A DNA stretch of 64,000 nucleotides, taken from positions 1,440,001-1,504,000 of the forward strand of contig CAWCKY010000003.1 in assembly GCA_963796275.1 (NCBI GenBank), written 5' to 3'. The position numbers and the translations under genes were made by a program. Below are positions 46,799 to 56,270 of this stretch, in pieces; position 1 is the stretch's first letter, and every line of letters starts with the position of its first letter. The notes beneath the pieces are model-generated. The model was not told the origin of the DNA. It ran no database searches and worked only from the letters and a program-made list of their open reading frames with translations. This DNA is from an uncultured Acidobacteriota bacterium (lineage in GTDB: Bacteria; Acidobacteriota; Blastocatellia; RBC074).

Positions 46799-46896
46799 GA
46801 AAGCGCCCGAGTACGCATCGCTTCCGGCGTGCGGGATTCGGCAGGGGACTAATGAAGAATCCTGGTGCTGGAAGCGATGCGTACTCGGGCGCTTTC
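46799..46896. repeat. 98-bp palindromic REP/MITE-like element
   Basis: Perfect 27-bp inverted repeat GAAAGCGCCCGAGTACGCATCGCTTCC (46799-46825 / 46870-46896) with an inner GGATTC/GAATCC stem. Confidence 0.9.
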
Positions 46897-46920
46897 CTGA
46901 GGAGATCAGTTACATTGAAT

Positions 46921-48480
46921 ATGTACACTTGGAACAACATCAAAACCAGAGTCGGGGGCAGCAGAGTGTGGCTCGCTATCATGACCGCCTTGCTGCTCGG
47001 AATTATCATTCTGAGCTGCATCGCCATGCTTGTGGCGAATCAATTCAGCAGCCGTGCCGCAGACCGCGAGTATGGCCAGTCACCACAATCTGAGCTGCCG
47101 CAGTCGACCTCCAATTCCATAGTTGCCATCAATGTGGCATCTGGAAAAACTTCTCGTCTGCTCTACACCGAGATGACCAGGGAGCAACAAGGCGATTTTC
47201 TAGAACGAGAAGCGGGTCGCGTCACCTCCTTAATAGGGAACCGCGAATACGTATTCGAGAATGAGGTGATCGATTTCATCAAAGAGTATGTGGATGGATA
47301 TGCGAAGAGGATAGCGACGAAGAGCACCGGGCTCTGGAATGAGGATTTGAACTATGTTTTTGAGCGAGCCCGGGAAAATGCGCCGAAGATTATAGCCTCG
47401 TTCAGAAGGGAAGGCGTGCCCGTTGTGCTCGGCCTTTATCTCCCGATGATTGAATCTGAGTATAACGAATGTCTCCAGAGCCCGGCCGGTGCGCTCGGGC
47501 TATTTCAGTTTATGCCGGCCACGGCGAGCGGTTACGGGGTTTCACCATCAGATCGTTGCCAGGTCGAGAAGATTGCGCCGGCTGCGGCAAGTTATATGAA
47601 GGACCGAATCCGAGAATTCGGCAATGATGGAATGAGCGTCGCGCTGGGCATCGCCGCCTATAACCGCAGCCCCCAATCGGTGCGGCGCGACCTTCAAGAT
47701 GTGATAGACAGCAGGTCCAATGAACGCAGTTTCTGGACGCTCCTGGCGAAGAAGGAGCAGCTGGATAAATATTTCCGCAACGAGAATATAAAGTACGTCC
47801 CGAAATTTTTCGCCGCCGCAATCGTGGGCGAAAACCCGGAAACATTCGGTTTACGAATCAGGAAGCTCTCGACTTACGACTATTCGCTGGCATCAGCCGA
47901 TAGCCCCTGTCGGAGTTTGGCGGATGGCGAAATCGAGGAGGCGGCGCGGCAGCTAATGGGGCGGATTAGCAACGATCTTCATATCTACGAATTCCCATCT
48001 GACAAATCACACATCGGCAGAGTGAAAGAAGTAATTGAGGGAAATTGTAATTCGACAGTATTGGGCACTCAGCTGCAGGCCCTCAGGCGCAGCCGGGCCC
48101 GGTTGATCGATTGGTCGGAAAATCAGATTACACCCGATCTGTTAGCTTATGCGGCGCTGGCCAAAACAATAGGGCGCGCTGCTGATAGCGTGGGGCAGGC
48201 CAGGAGAATGGCACCACAATTGATCGAAGTCAGTAAACTACTGAAGGACAGCAATGCCGACACCGCGCTTCTTTCGCTCGCCGCCTATGAAATGGGCCGG
48301 CCCTCGCGAGGGGTGCACCCGATCCACCGAAGGATGGAAGGCCGAATAAATCACGACACCGAACGCAATGTATGGGACCTTTATCGCAAAGGCGGGTTGA
48401 CAGAAGCTGAGTACCGTTTCGTCATTCGATTCCTGGCATTCGGGATCATCGCTCACGAACCGAGAAGGTTCGGTTATTAG
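46921..48480 (+). CDS. Membrane-anchored lytic transglycosylase (SLT/MltD-like) with a second, degenerate SLT-like domain
   Basis: TM helix; motif I MIESEY, motif II SPAGALGLFQFMPATA, motif III IAAYN and KYVPKFFAA. The ORF-track start at 46852 lies inside the palindromic element. Confidence 0.88.
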   Translation: MYTWNNIKTRVGGSRVWLAIMTALLLGIIILSCIAMLVANQFSSRAADREYGQSPQSELPQSTSNSIVAINVASGKTSRLLYTEMTREQQGDFLEREAGRVTSLIGNREYVFENEVIDFIKEYVDGYAKRIATKSTGLWNEDLNYVFERARENAPKIIASFRREGVPVVLGLYLPMIESEYNECLQSPAGALGLFQFMPATASGYGVSPSDRCQVEKIAPAAASYMKDRIREFGNDGMSVALGIAAYNRSPQSVRRDLQDVIDSRSNERSFWTLLAKKEQLDKYFRNENIKYVPKFFAAAIVGENPETFGLRIRKLSTYDYSLASADSPCRSLADGEIEEAARQLMGRISNDLHIYEFPSDKSHIGRVKEVIEGNCNSTVLGTQLQALRRSRARLIDWSENQITPDLLAYAALAKTIGRAADSVGQARRMAPQLIEVSKLLKDSNADTALLSLAAYEMGRPSRGVHPIHRRMEGRINHDTERNVWDLYRKGGLTEAEYRFVIRFLAFGIIAHEPRRFGY

Positions 48481-48505
48481 ATATAGGAGAGGTCAGGAGA
48501 ATTTT

Positions 48506-49891
48506 ATGAGTCGCTATCGACGCCTGGTATGGAATGAGGGGATGCTGCTTTCACCCCATCATTTCCAACAAGCGGACAATTACACGGAAGACCTCATCAA
48601 CACGCGCGTCGGCTGGCTGTTCGCGCACGAATGGGGAATACTCGACCTTCAGATCAACCGTGACGCAGTCGCTAATGGCTCGGTTCAATTGATAAGTTGC
48701 CGCGGCGTCATGCCAGATGGTCTGATCGTCAATATCCCGCAGACTTGCACGGCTCCTGAATCTCGCCAGGTGGGCGATCATTTCAGCCCGACTGCTGGCA
48801 ACCTTGATGTCTATCTTTCCGTCCCGGCGAGACAGGTGGGGGCGGCAAATTTTCAGGCCAGCAGGAATTCGACCAATGGAAACCATTCCAACACGCCAGC
48901 TCGCTTCCTGCAGGACGCGGGGCTGGTAGTTGACGAAACGTCGGGCGAGAACGAATTCCAGCTCGCATTCGCGCGTCCCAACTTCAAACTATTGTTCGAT
49001 GGCGAACCGCGCGAGGGTTACAATGTCATCAAGATCGCCGAATTACAGCGCACGGCCACCGGCCGTTTGAAGATCGCTGAAGAATACGTTCCCCCGGCGC
49101 TTCACATCGGTGCATCGCCGTGGCTCGAAAATCTGTTGCGCCAGCTGATTGAGTTTCTTGTCGCTAAAAGCAAGACGCTCGGTGAGCGGCGACATCAAAG
49201 CGGATCGGGCCAGGCAACCTTCACGACCGATGACGGGATGGTCCTGTGGACGCTGCCGACGCTCAATGCTGCAATCCCTCCGCTGGCGCATCTATTTCAT
49301 CAGCGCATCGTTCACCCCGAGAGACTATACACCGAGATGGTAAGACTGGCCGGCGCGATGATGACGCTGGTCTTCGACCGCCATGCCAAAGACCTGCCGC
49401 GTTACGATCATCTCGATCTTTACCAGACCTTTCGCCAGCTCGATTTCGATATTCGCTTCCTGCTCGAAAGGGTCGATCCCCAGCGTTATGTTCCGATTCC
49501 ACTCGTACAGGAACGCCCAGCTCTGTACGTGGCTCGGGTCAATGATAATCGATTGCTGCGCGATGCCGAATTCTTCCTCGCCGTCGGCGCGCAGGTGCCC
49601 GAGAACAGGTTGATCGAGCGGGTGCCGTTCGCCGTCAAGATTGCTCACCGCGATGGTATTGACGTCGTGATCAACAACGCCCTGAGCGGCGTCAGCATGA
49701 CGCACGTCAGGCCGCCCGGACAGATTCCGACCCGCGCCGGGTTGCATTACTTCCGGTTGGACCGCAACGACCTCGACACCTCGCTCAAACGTTTTTGGGA
49801 TTTTATTGTAGCGACCAAGACCCTCTCCGTCTGGGTCGCTGATGAGTTCCCGGAGGCGAAGCTGGAACTCTATGCGATCAAACCTCAATAG
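48506..49891 (+). CDS. tssK: T6SS baseplate subunit TssK
   Basis: VWNEGMLLSPHHFQQ, GVMPDG, YVPP, HPERLY and YDH.DL. Confidence 0.95.
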   Translation: MSRYRRLVWNEGMLLSPHHFQQADNYTEDLINTRVGWLFAHEWGILDLQINRDAVANGSVQLISCRGVMPDGLIVNIPQTCTAPESRQVGDHFSPTAGNLDVYLSVPARQVGAANFQASRNSTNGNHSNTPARFLQDAGLVVDETSGENEFQLAFARPNFKLLFDGEPREGYNVIKIAELQRTATGRLKIAEEYVPPALHIGASPWLENLLRQLIEFLVAKSKTLGERRHQSGSGQATFTTDDGMVLWTLPTLNAAIPPLAHLFHQRIVHPERLYTEMVRLAGAMMTLVFDRHAKDLPRYDHLDLYQTFRQLDFDIRFLLERVDPQRYVPIPLVQERPALYVARVNDNRLLRDAEFFLAVGAQVPENRLIERVPFAVKIAHRDGIDVVINNALSGVSMTHVRPPGQIPTRAGLHYFRLDRNDLDTSLKRFWDFIVATKTLSVWVADEFPEAKLELYAIKPQ

Positions 49892-49898
49892 GAGCAGT

Positions 49899-50600
49899 AT
49901 GCAGGATACATTTTTTTCAAATAGCGCGTATACCATCTCGGACAACTGCCTGATCGATACATCGGCGCCTCTACTCCGAATGATGATGAAGATCAAAGCG
50001 GGGTTGGTTACGCCGTCCAATGAGATGCGTCATATGATCCACGACCTGTTCAAAAAATTCGAAGAGCGCGGGGCGAACAACGGTTACAGAGAAAGCCAAT
50101 TGCAAGATACCAAATTCGCACTAGCCGCGTTCGTTGACGAGACGGTGCTCGCCGGCGGGTTCCCGCTTCGCGAAGAGTGGGAGCGATATCCCCTCCAGCT
50201 CGAATTCTTCAAGGAAGCCCTGGCTGGAAACAAGTTCTTCGAACGTCTCGACTGGTTGATCAAACAGGGGGAAACCGATGTGGTAGAGATTTATTACCTC
50301 TGCCTGCTGCTCGGATTCAAAGGCAAATACCACGTATTCCTCGAGGATCAGTTGCCGGCCGTGATCAATGCAGCTGCCGAAAATTTGCGGGGAGCGGGGC
50401 GATTGCGGAGATGCGTGCTTTCACCGCACGGCCTCCTGAACGATCAACCGGATCCGCCATCACCGGAACCGGAAGTGTCGCGTTGGGCAAAATGGTCCGC
50501 CATGGCAGCGGCCGGAGTGATAGCATTTGCTTATCTCATTTTGAATTGGTCGCTGGTCTCGACTCTTGAAGCGGCGATGAGGGAGAGCCTGTTGAAATAG
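49899..50600 (+). CDS. tssL: T6SS membrane subunit TssL/DotU (no OmpA domain)
   Basis: FALAAFVDE, W...PLQL, AG.KFF.RL, EIYYLCLLLGFKGKY and a C-terminal TM helix. Confidence 0.94.
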   Translation: MQDTFFSNSAYTISDNCLIDTSAPLLRMMMKIKAGLVTPSNEMRHMIHDLFKKFEERGANNGYRESQLQDTKFALAAFVDETVLAGGFPLREEWERYPLQLEFFKEALAGNKFFERLDWLIKQGETDVVEIYYLCLLLGFKGKYHVFLEDQLPAVINAAAENLRGAGRLRRCVLSPHGLLNDQPDPPSPEPEVSRWAKWSAMAAAGVIAFAYLILNWSLVSTLEAAMRESLLK

Positions 50601-50680
50601 AGGCAAACGCTTAAGGCCGATTACTGCCACGCTGTTTATGTTTATCGATGAATCGCGTTGAAAGAAAAGGTTGAGGCTAA

Positions 50681-53600
50681 ATGTTTTCGCTCAGTAAAAA
50701 TATCAAGTCAATATTCATTAACTCCGCGCTGGTCTCGCTGACCCTCATTGCCTTCCTGCTTGTGCTGATCTTCAGCGAGGACATAATCGTGACCATCATT
50801 CTGATTGCGCTCATCCTGTTGTTCTGGCCGGTCCGCTATCTGGTCAGGCATTACTTTAAGGAGCGAGCCGCACGCATGCCATCGCCTGACAGCCAGAAGA
50901 ATAGGGAAGAACCGATTCGCCCGTTGCGTAACTATAAAAATCTCGAAATCTGCGCTGCCGTAACAATCGATTTTCTTCGCCGGAACAGATCTGGCGCGCA
51001 TGGCGGCGAAGATGCGGTCTATGGCCTGCCATGGTTTCTGATCGCTGGTCCTCCCGCGAGCGGAAAGACTTCGCTAATGCTCTCGTCGGGCCTTTCGTTC
51101 AGCCCCCTCAAGAGTCAGCGCCACGCCGATCTGGATCTGCTGCGCCCGACAGACGAATGCGATTGGAGGATTACCGACGAAGCTGTCTTGATAGATTCCG
51201 CGGGTCGCTATCAATCCGAAGGGGCAAACGGGGCAAACGGGGCAAACGGGGCAAACGACGAAAACGAAGCAATCAGGGATAACCGGACGGCTGCAGCAAA
51301 CGGCGCAAACCGCGATGAATGGCTCGGCTTGATCGATATTCTCAAACGATATCGCAGGCAGCGCCCGCTCGATGGATTGGTGTTGACCGTTAGCGCCGCG
51401 AGCTTGATGGCTATGCATTCCATCGCCGAGGTCGAGCAGCAGGCCAGAATCCTGCGCTCTCGCATAAACGATTTGATCTCCGGCGTCGGGGCCAAATTTC
51501 CCGTATATCTGGTCTTCACTGACATGGACGCAGTTTCAGGATTCACCGATTTCTTCAGTTCGCTCGATGTCGAAGAACGTTCGGGGGGGTGGGGGATGAT
51601 GATCCCATTGGCTCAGAACGGACGGGCGTACTCTCTGTTCGATACGGAGTTCAGTCAGCTGATCGGTTCTCTGATGACTCGGCGCCTTCAGCGTCTAAGT
51701 GCCACCGAGGCTTCGGGCGAACACCTGAATATCTTCGACTTCCCGCTCCATTTAAACGCTGTTCGTCAGAAGTTCGGTGTCTTTACGACTGCTCTTTTCA
51801 GTCCGAACCCCTTCAGCGAACTGCCGCTGCTCCGCGGCATATACTTTACCAGTAGTGATGGCGTAACAGATCGCCCAACGGCTCGCAGCGAACGCGGTTC
51901 AACCGAAGAGATGCGGGTGAGGGGCAAAGGATTCTTCACGGAAGGCTTTTTCAAAAATGTTCTGCATCGCGACCGTCACATCGCCGCCACTTTGCAGGCT
52001 ATCCAGGTGCAGCCGAACTGGCTGCGCAAACTTAAATTGGCTGTCGCATCTTTCTGCGCGTTGTCGCTTTTGCTCCTGATGGGGATGATCGTTTCCTATT
52101 TCAATAATCTGAGATTGATCGGCGACGCGGGCAGGGCTGGGGCTGATCTCCTTCGACATTTCCGATCCGGGGTTGGGGGCCCGGCCGCGAAATTATCCGA
52201 AACCGAAACCGAAGACCTCGGCAAATTGCAGGACGTGTTGCTCAAGCTGGACGGTTTTGACCGGAGCTGGGTTGGCCCGGTCTCGCATCGCTTCGGCCTC
52301 TATCAGGGAGGGCGGATCAGACTTCGCCTGCGTGAAATCTATTTCGATTTCCTGGCTCAGCGCTTGCTCGATCACACGCTCGATGCGATGGCTAATGATA
52401 TCTATAGACAAACCCCTGCCCCGATCGGCACGCGCGCCCCAGATGGTTCAGATGTTCCGGGCGTCCCGGGTGGTTCGGTTGACCCATCCGTCCCGGCTGG
52501 CAAAGCTGCTTCCACAATCGTCTCCAGGCAGGAACAGATCGATGCTGCGGAGCAGGGGTATTACGATCGGCTCAAAGCCTATCTCATGGTTGAGCAGCAG
52601 GAGCGAGTTGAGCCGGTGTTTCTGCAACAGCAGCTGGCGCCCTACTGGAAGGAAGGCACATCGGCTGCTGATATGAGACATTTGTACTACTACGTCGAGC
52701 AGGCCAGCATCAATGGCGATGACGATCAGAGCATCCCGCGCCCGCAGTCTGACAGTCCGACCGTGGCTCAGGGGCGGGATAAACTGCGGAATTACGCGGC
52801 CGCCAAGCAGGTTTACAATGAAATCGTAAACAGCATAGGCAGACAGGGAGAGCCATACCGGTTGCGCGATGCGGTAGGCAGCCAGCAGGGAAGCGTGTGG
52901 TTTGACGACATCGGCTCACTGTCTATTCCATACACCTTTACAAAAGAGGCTTATTACAAGCACATCAAAGGCGAGGCGTGGATTTCGGCTTTCGAGGAGA
53001 TACGAGGTAAGAGCGAGAACGATTGGGTGCTTCAGCGTCCCTTCGACTATCAGCGCGTTCAGCCGAATGACCTGCGCCAGAGATACGAGCGGGATTACGT
53101 CTCAGCCTGGCAGAAATTTCTCGAAGGAGTTCGGGTCAAAGAGTTCAAGAAGAGAAATGACGCGGTAGAGGCGCTCGACTCTATTTCGCAACAGAATTCG
53201 CCTTTCACCACCATCTTCGATCAGGTCAGATCTCAAACGACGCTCTCAGAGCCCCCGATCACAGGCGGGGTTATCGCCTGGATCAAATCGTTTCTGACCA
53301 CGAAGGAAAAGGCCAATACGGGCGTCGAAAAATCTTTCACGGCGGTCAGGAGTTTCAAGATCGAAGATTATCTCGAGAAGTTGAAGGAACTGCGCCGCCG
53401 GTTGAATGAAATTCCCGGAGATGAATGGCGGCAGGTGGCTGCGGTGGCCGGGGACGAACGATATAAGAAGGCACGGGACGACGCGCGTGAGCTTTTGAGG
53501 TCCCTCAAAGCGAACCCCGGCAGCAATTCAATGGCCACATTGCTTGCCCGCCCGCTCGACAACATCGAGATCGCTTTGGGTCTCGGCGTCGAGAAAGATC

Positions 53601-54277
53601 GTGATGTGGCCTGGAACAATCTCTACACCCTGGCGAGAGGACTGGAAGAGAAATACCCATTCAGGAGCGGAAGTGCCGCGGAAGTGCAGCCTTCAGAGCT
53701 CGCCGATTACATCAACAAACTGGGGCAATTTTTCAATCGACAGCTGAAGAATAGTTTCGATCGGACTCCGGGACAGTATGTCCCACTACGCCGCGGCGAG
53801 TTTTCCGATGAGTTCGTTGCCTACCTCAATAAAGTTAAGAATCTGAGCGAAGCGCTGGGCCTCGGATCACTGGAGGAACAACCGGGACAACCGGGGCAAC
53901 CGGGACAACCGGGGCAACCGAGATTCAGCTATGGTCTGAAGCTGGAACCGCAGCCGGGACAAACGGTCGAGATGAGGATCGACGGGCAGACAGTTAGGGC
54001 CGATGACGGACCGCAAACCGCTACATTGAACTGGCCATCATCCGGGCAAACCAGCGGAGTTGAGCTCGTAACCATTGAAAATGGGCAATTCAGTCGTCTG
54101 AGGAATTACGGCGGCGCCTGGGGAATTTTCAGAATGGTGGCGGAACGCGGAAGACCGCCATATCAGTTAAGCTTAAATGGCGTGCGTATGACTCTCCAGC
54201 CGCCGGGAGCCAGGAATAATCCATTCGTCGATTTTACACAAATTCGCGCGCCCAGGAGCGTCGCCAGGTCTCTATAA
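50681..54277 (+). CDS. tssM: T6SS membrane subunit TssM/IcmF
   Basis: Two N-terminal TM helices, YGLPWF..GPPASGKT, DSAGRY, PLDG, FPVY, RGIYFTS, a third TM helix, GLYQG, LKAYLM and G.WGIFR. Confidence 0.95.
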   Translation: MFSLSKNIKSIFINSALVSLTLIAFLLVLIFSEDIIVTIILIALILLFWPVRYLVRHYFKERAARMPSPDSQKNREEPIRPLRNYKNLEICAAVTIDFLRRNRSGAHGGEDAVYGLPWFLIAGPPASGKTSLMLSSGLSFSPLKSQRHADLDLLRPTDECDWRITDEAVLIDSAGRYQSEGANGANGANGANDENEAIRDNRTAAANGANRDEWLGLIDILKRYRRQRPLDGLVLTVSAASLMAMHSIAEVEQQARILRSRINDLISGVGAKFPVYLVFTDMDAVSGFTDFFSSLDVEERSGGWGMMIPLAQNGRAYSLFDTEFSQLIGSLMTRRLQRLSATEASGEHLNIFDFPLHLNAVRQKFGVFTTALFSPNPFSELPLLRGIYFTSSDGVTDRPTARSERGSTEEMRVRGKGFFTEGFFKNVLHRDRHIAATLQAIQVQPNWLRKLKLAVASFCALSLLLLMGMIVSYFNNLRLIGDAGRAGADLLRHFRSGVGGPAAKLSETETEDLGKLQDVLLKLDGFDRSWVGPVSHRFGLYQGGRIRLRLREIYFDFLAQRLLDHTLDAMANDIYRQTPAPIGTRAPDGSDVPGVPGGSVDPSVPAGKAASTIVSRQEQIDAAEQGYYDRLKAYLMVEQQERVEPVFLQQQLAPYWKEGTSAADMRHLYYYVEQASINGDDDQSIPRPQSDSPTVAQGRDKLRNYAAAKQVYNEIVNSIGRQGEPYRLRDAVGSQQGSVWFDDIGSLSIPYTFTKEAYYKHIKGEAWISAFEEIRGKSENDWVLQRPFDYQRVQPNDLRQRYERDYVSAWQKFLEGVRVKEFKKRNDAVEALDSISQQNSPFTTIFDQVRSQTTLSEPPITGGVIAWIKSFLTTKEKANTGVEKSFTAVRSFKIEDYLEKLKELRRRLNEIPGDEWRQVAAVAGDERYKKARDDARELLRSLKANPGSNSMATLLARPLDNIEIALGLGVEKDRDVAWNNLYTLARGLEEKYPFRSGSAAEVQPSELADYINKLGQFFNRQLKNSFDRTPGQYVPLRRGEFSDEFVAYLNKVKNLSEALGLGSLEEQPGQPGQPGQPGQPRFSYGLKLEPQPGQTVEMRIDGQTVRADDGPQTATLNWPSSGQTSGVELVTIENGQFSRLRNYGGAWGIFRMVAERGRPPYQLSLNGVRMTLQPPGARNNPFVDFTQIRAPRSVARSL

Positions 54278-54424
54278 TTCCTTCGCCAGCGGAGCATTTC
54301 TGCCTCCAATACTTATAGCCACGTCGGAAAAATTTTCTTCTCAATCCATCCGATCACGTCATGTTTCTCCTTCCCAACATCACTTATACACGAAGCGGAA
54401 ATGGAAATGTAAGTAGAGGGGATT

Positions 54425-55588
54425 ATGACAGCAGTTTCACCAATAACGGACCGCGAAACCTTACTCAAACCGATCTCGCAAGAATCATCCGCCGGCCAGG
54501 ATCTGCGGCATATATTGTTCGATCAGAAGAAAGGGATTTATTGGCACGACCGGATCAGAGAGGCCCATCGCGAAAACATTTTTGAAGACGTTCCGAAACT
54601 TCCCGACTGGCCGGTAGTCATCGACCTCTCGATACAAGCTCTCACCTCGCTTACTAAAGATCTACAGATCGCCGCCTGGCTATCAGACGCTCTGGTCAAA
54701 CATAACGGGCACGACCGCCTGGCCGGCCTGCGCGACAGCCTGAACTTGATCCGCGGACTGATCGAGGACTACTGGGGTGAATTTTTTCCCGCGAGCGATC
54801 CGGCGGGCGACGATGGCCCGTTTAAAGCGCGCGCCAACATCATCGCGGCCTTCGACAGCAGAATGGGACTCGCGATCAGAGCCATTCCGCTGACTGAAAG
54901 TATGTCTGGCCTCAAATACTCCTTCATGGATTGGGAGGCTGCAAGGTCTTTCGACATCCCCGAAAAAGACCAATTCGACACGTTCGGTTTCAGCAATATT
55001 GAAAAGTTCAACTTGCTAAAGGAGCAAGCTGAGCAGGAGGGGAAGATCACCGGCGAGGATTGGCGAAAGGCCGTCAACGGCACGCCATATCACTTTATCA
55101 AGGAGCGTCTAGAGCTGCTTCAAAAATGTACTGAAGAATTGAATGCGCTTGCTGATGCGATCGACCTCCGCTTTGAGCTGGAAGCGCCCAGCTTGAGGGA
55201 GCTTCGCAGATCGCTCGAGGATATGACATCGCTCATGAAGAAGCTGGAACGGGAGAAACGTCCGCCTGAAGTAGCCGATGGAATTGAGCAATCGTTGACG
55301 ACGGTAGAGTCGGATTTGCAGAACGGAGAAGCGGGCGGTTTCGGATTGCCCGGCAATATGGGAAGCGTCCGGACCCGGCATGATGCGCTGCGCCGCCTCG
55401 CCGATATCGCTGAATATTTTCGCCGCACGGAGCCTCACAGCCCAGTCTCTTATCTGGTGCGGCGCGCTATCAAATGGGGAAATATGCCGCTCGATGTGTG
55501 GCTGGAAGATGTAGTCAATGAGATGAGCGTCCTCGGACAGCTTCGAGAAACGCTGGGAATTAAAGCTAATAACGATAGTGGGAGTTGA
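54425..55588 (+). CDS. tssA: T6SS TssA (ImpA N-terminal domain)
   Basis: LL.PIS...AG.DLR, DW, TKDLQIAAW and C-terminal YFRRTEPHSPVSYL. Confidence 0.94.
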   Translation: MTAVSPITDRETLLKPISQESSAGQDLRHILFDQKKGIYWHDRIREAHRENIFEDVPKLPDWPVVIDLSIQALTSLTKDLQIAAWLSDALVKHNGHDRLAGLRDSLNLIRGLIEDYWGEFFPASDPAGDDGPFKARANIIAAFDSRMGLAIRAIPLTESMSGLKYSFMDWEAARSFDIPEKDQFDTFGFSNIEKFNLLKEQAEQEGKITGEDWRKAVNGTPYHFIKERLELLQKCTEELNALADAIDLRFELEAPSLRELRRSLEDMTSLMKKLEREKRPPEVADGIEQSLTTVESDLQNGEAGGFGLPGNMGSVRTRHDALRRLADIAEYFRRTEPHSPVSYLVRRAIKWGNMPLDVWLEDVVNEMSVLGQLRETLGIKANNDSGS

Positions 55589-55623
55589 TGAAGATCAATC
55601 CCGAATACATAACGATGAAAAAT

Positions 55624-55696
55624 GCAGACCGAATTTACCGGGTTTTAAATTTATACCTATCCACAAAATCCTGACTGATCCTGTAAATCCTGTCTA
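55624..55696. repeat. Dispersed palindromic repeat, copy 2 (between tssA and tssB)
   Basis: AGACCGAATTTACCGG ... AATCCTGACTGATCCTGTAAATCCTGTCT; compare 25285-25352. Confidence 0.6.
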
Positions 55697-55715
55697 CTCT
55701 CGTGGAGATAAATAT

Positions 55716-56270
55716 ATGCCGCCGAAACGTGAAAGCATTCAACAGAAGATCAGCCGCATACGGCCGCCCCGCGTACACATCACCTACGATGTCGAAGTAG
55801 GCGGAGCCAATGAAACGAAGGAACTGCCCTTCGTCGTGGGTGTGATGGGCGAATTCACCGGTAACCCGGCAGAGCCGTTGCCGAGGGTGAGAGACCGTAA
55901 GTTTGTACAGGTCGATCGTGACAATTTCGATAATGTGATGGGCGGGATGAAGCCCCGTCTGGTTATGCGCATTCCGAACAGGTTATCGCCGGAAGGCGGG
56001 ACGATGAGCGTCGAGCTCAATTTCAGGGAGACAGATGACTTCCATCCCGACCGCCTGGCCAACCAGATCGAGCCGATGAGGAAGCTGGTTGAGTTGAGGC
56101 AGAACCTCAACGACCTGCTCGCCAAGGTGGACGGCAACGATCGGCTCGGCGATCTTTTGGAGGATATCTTGCAGAACGCCGATACCCAGAAATTACTGGG
56201 CACGGAACTCGGCCTTGAAACATTTGCGGCCGAAGCGTCTGAATCGGCCGGCGACAAAAAGGAGGAGTAG
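55716..56270 (+). CDS. tssB: T6SS sheath small subunit TssB
   Basis: RPPRVHITYDVE, ELPFVVGV, DRDNFD and DFHPD; GGAG SD before the ATG at 55716. Confidence 0.96.
   Translation: MPPKRESIQQKISRIRPPRVHITYDVEVGGANETKELPFVVGVMGEFTGNPAEPLPRVRDRKFVQVDRDNFDNVMGGMKPRLVMRIPNRLSPEGGTMSVELNFRETDDFHPDRLANQIEPMRKLVELRQNLNDLLAKVDGNDRLGDLLEDILQNADTQKLLGTELGLETFAAEASESAGDKKEE

Noticed and set aside
46698-47093. Opposing ORFs sharing KAPEYASLPA
   Set aside because: This is an artefact of the 27-bp inverted repeat.
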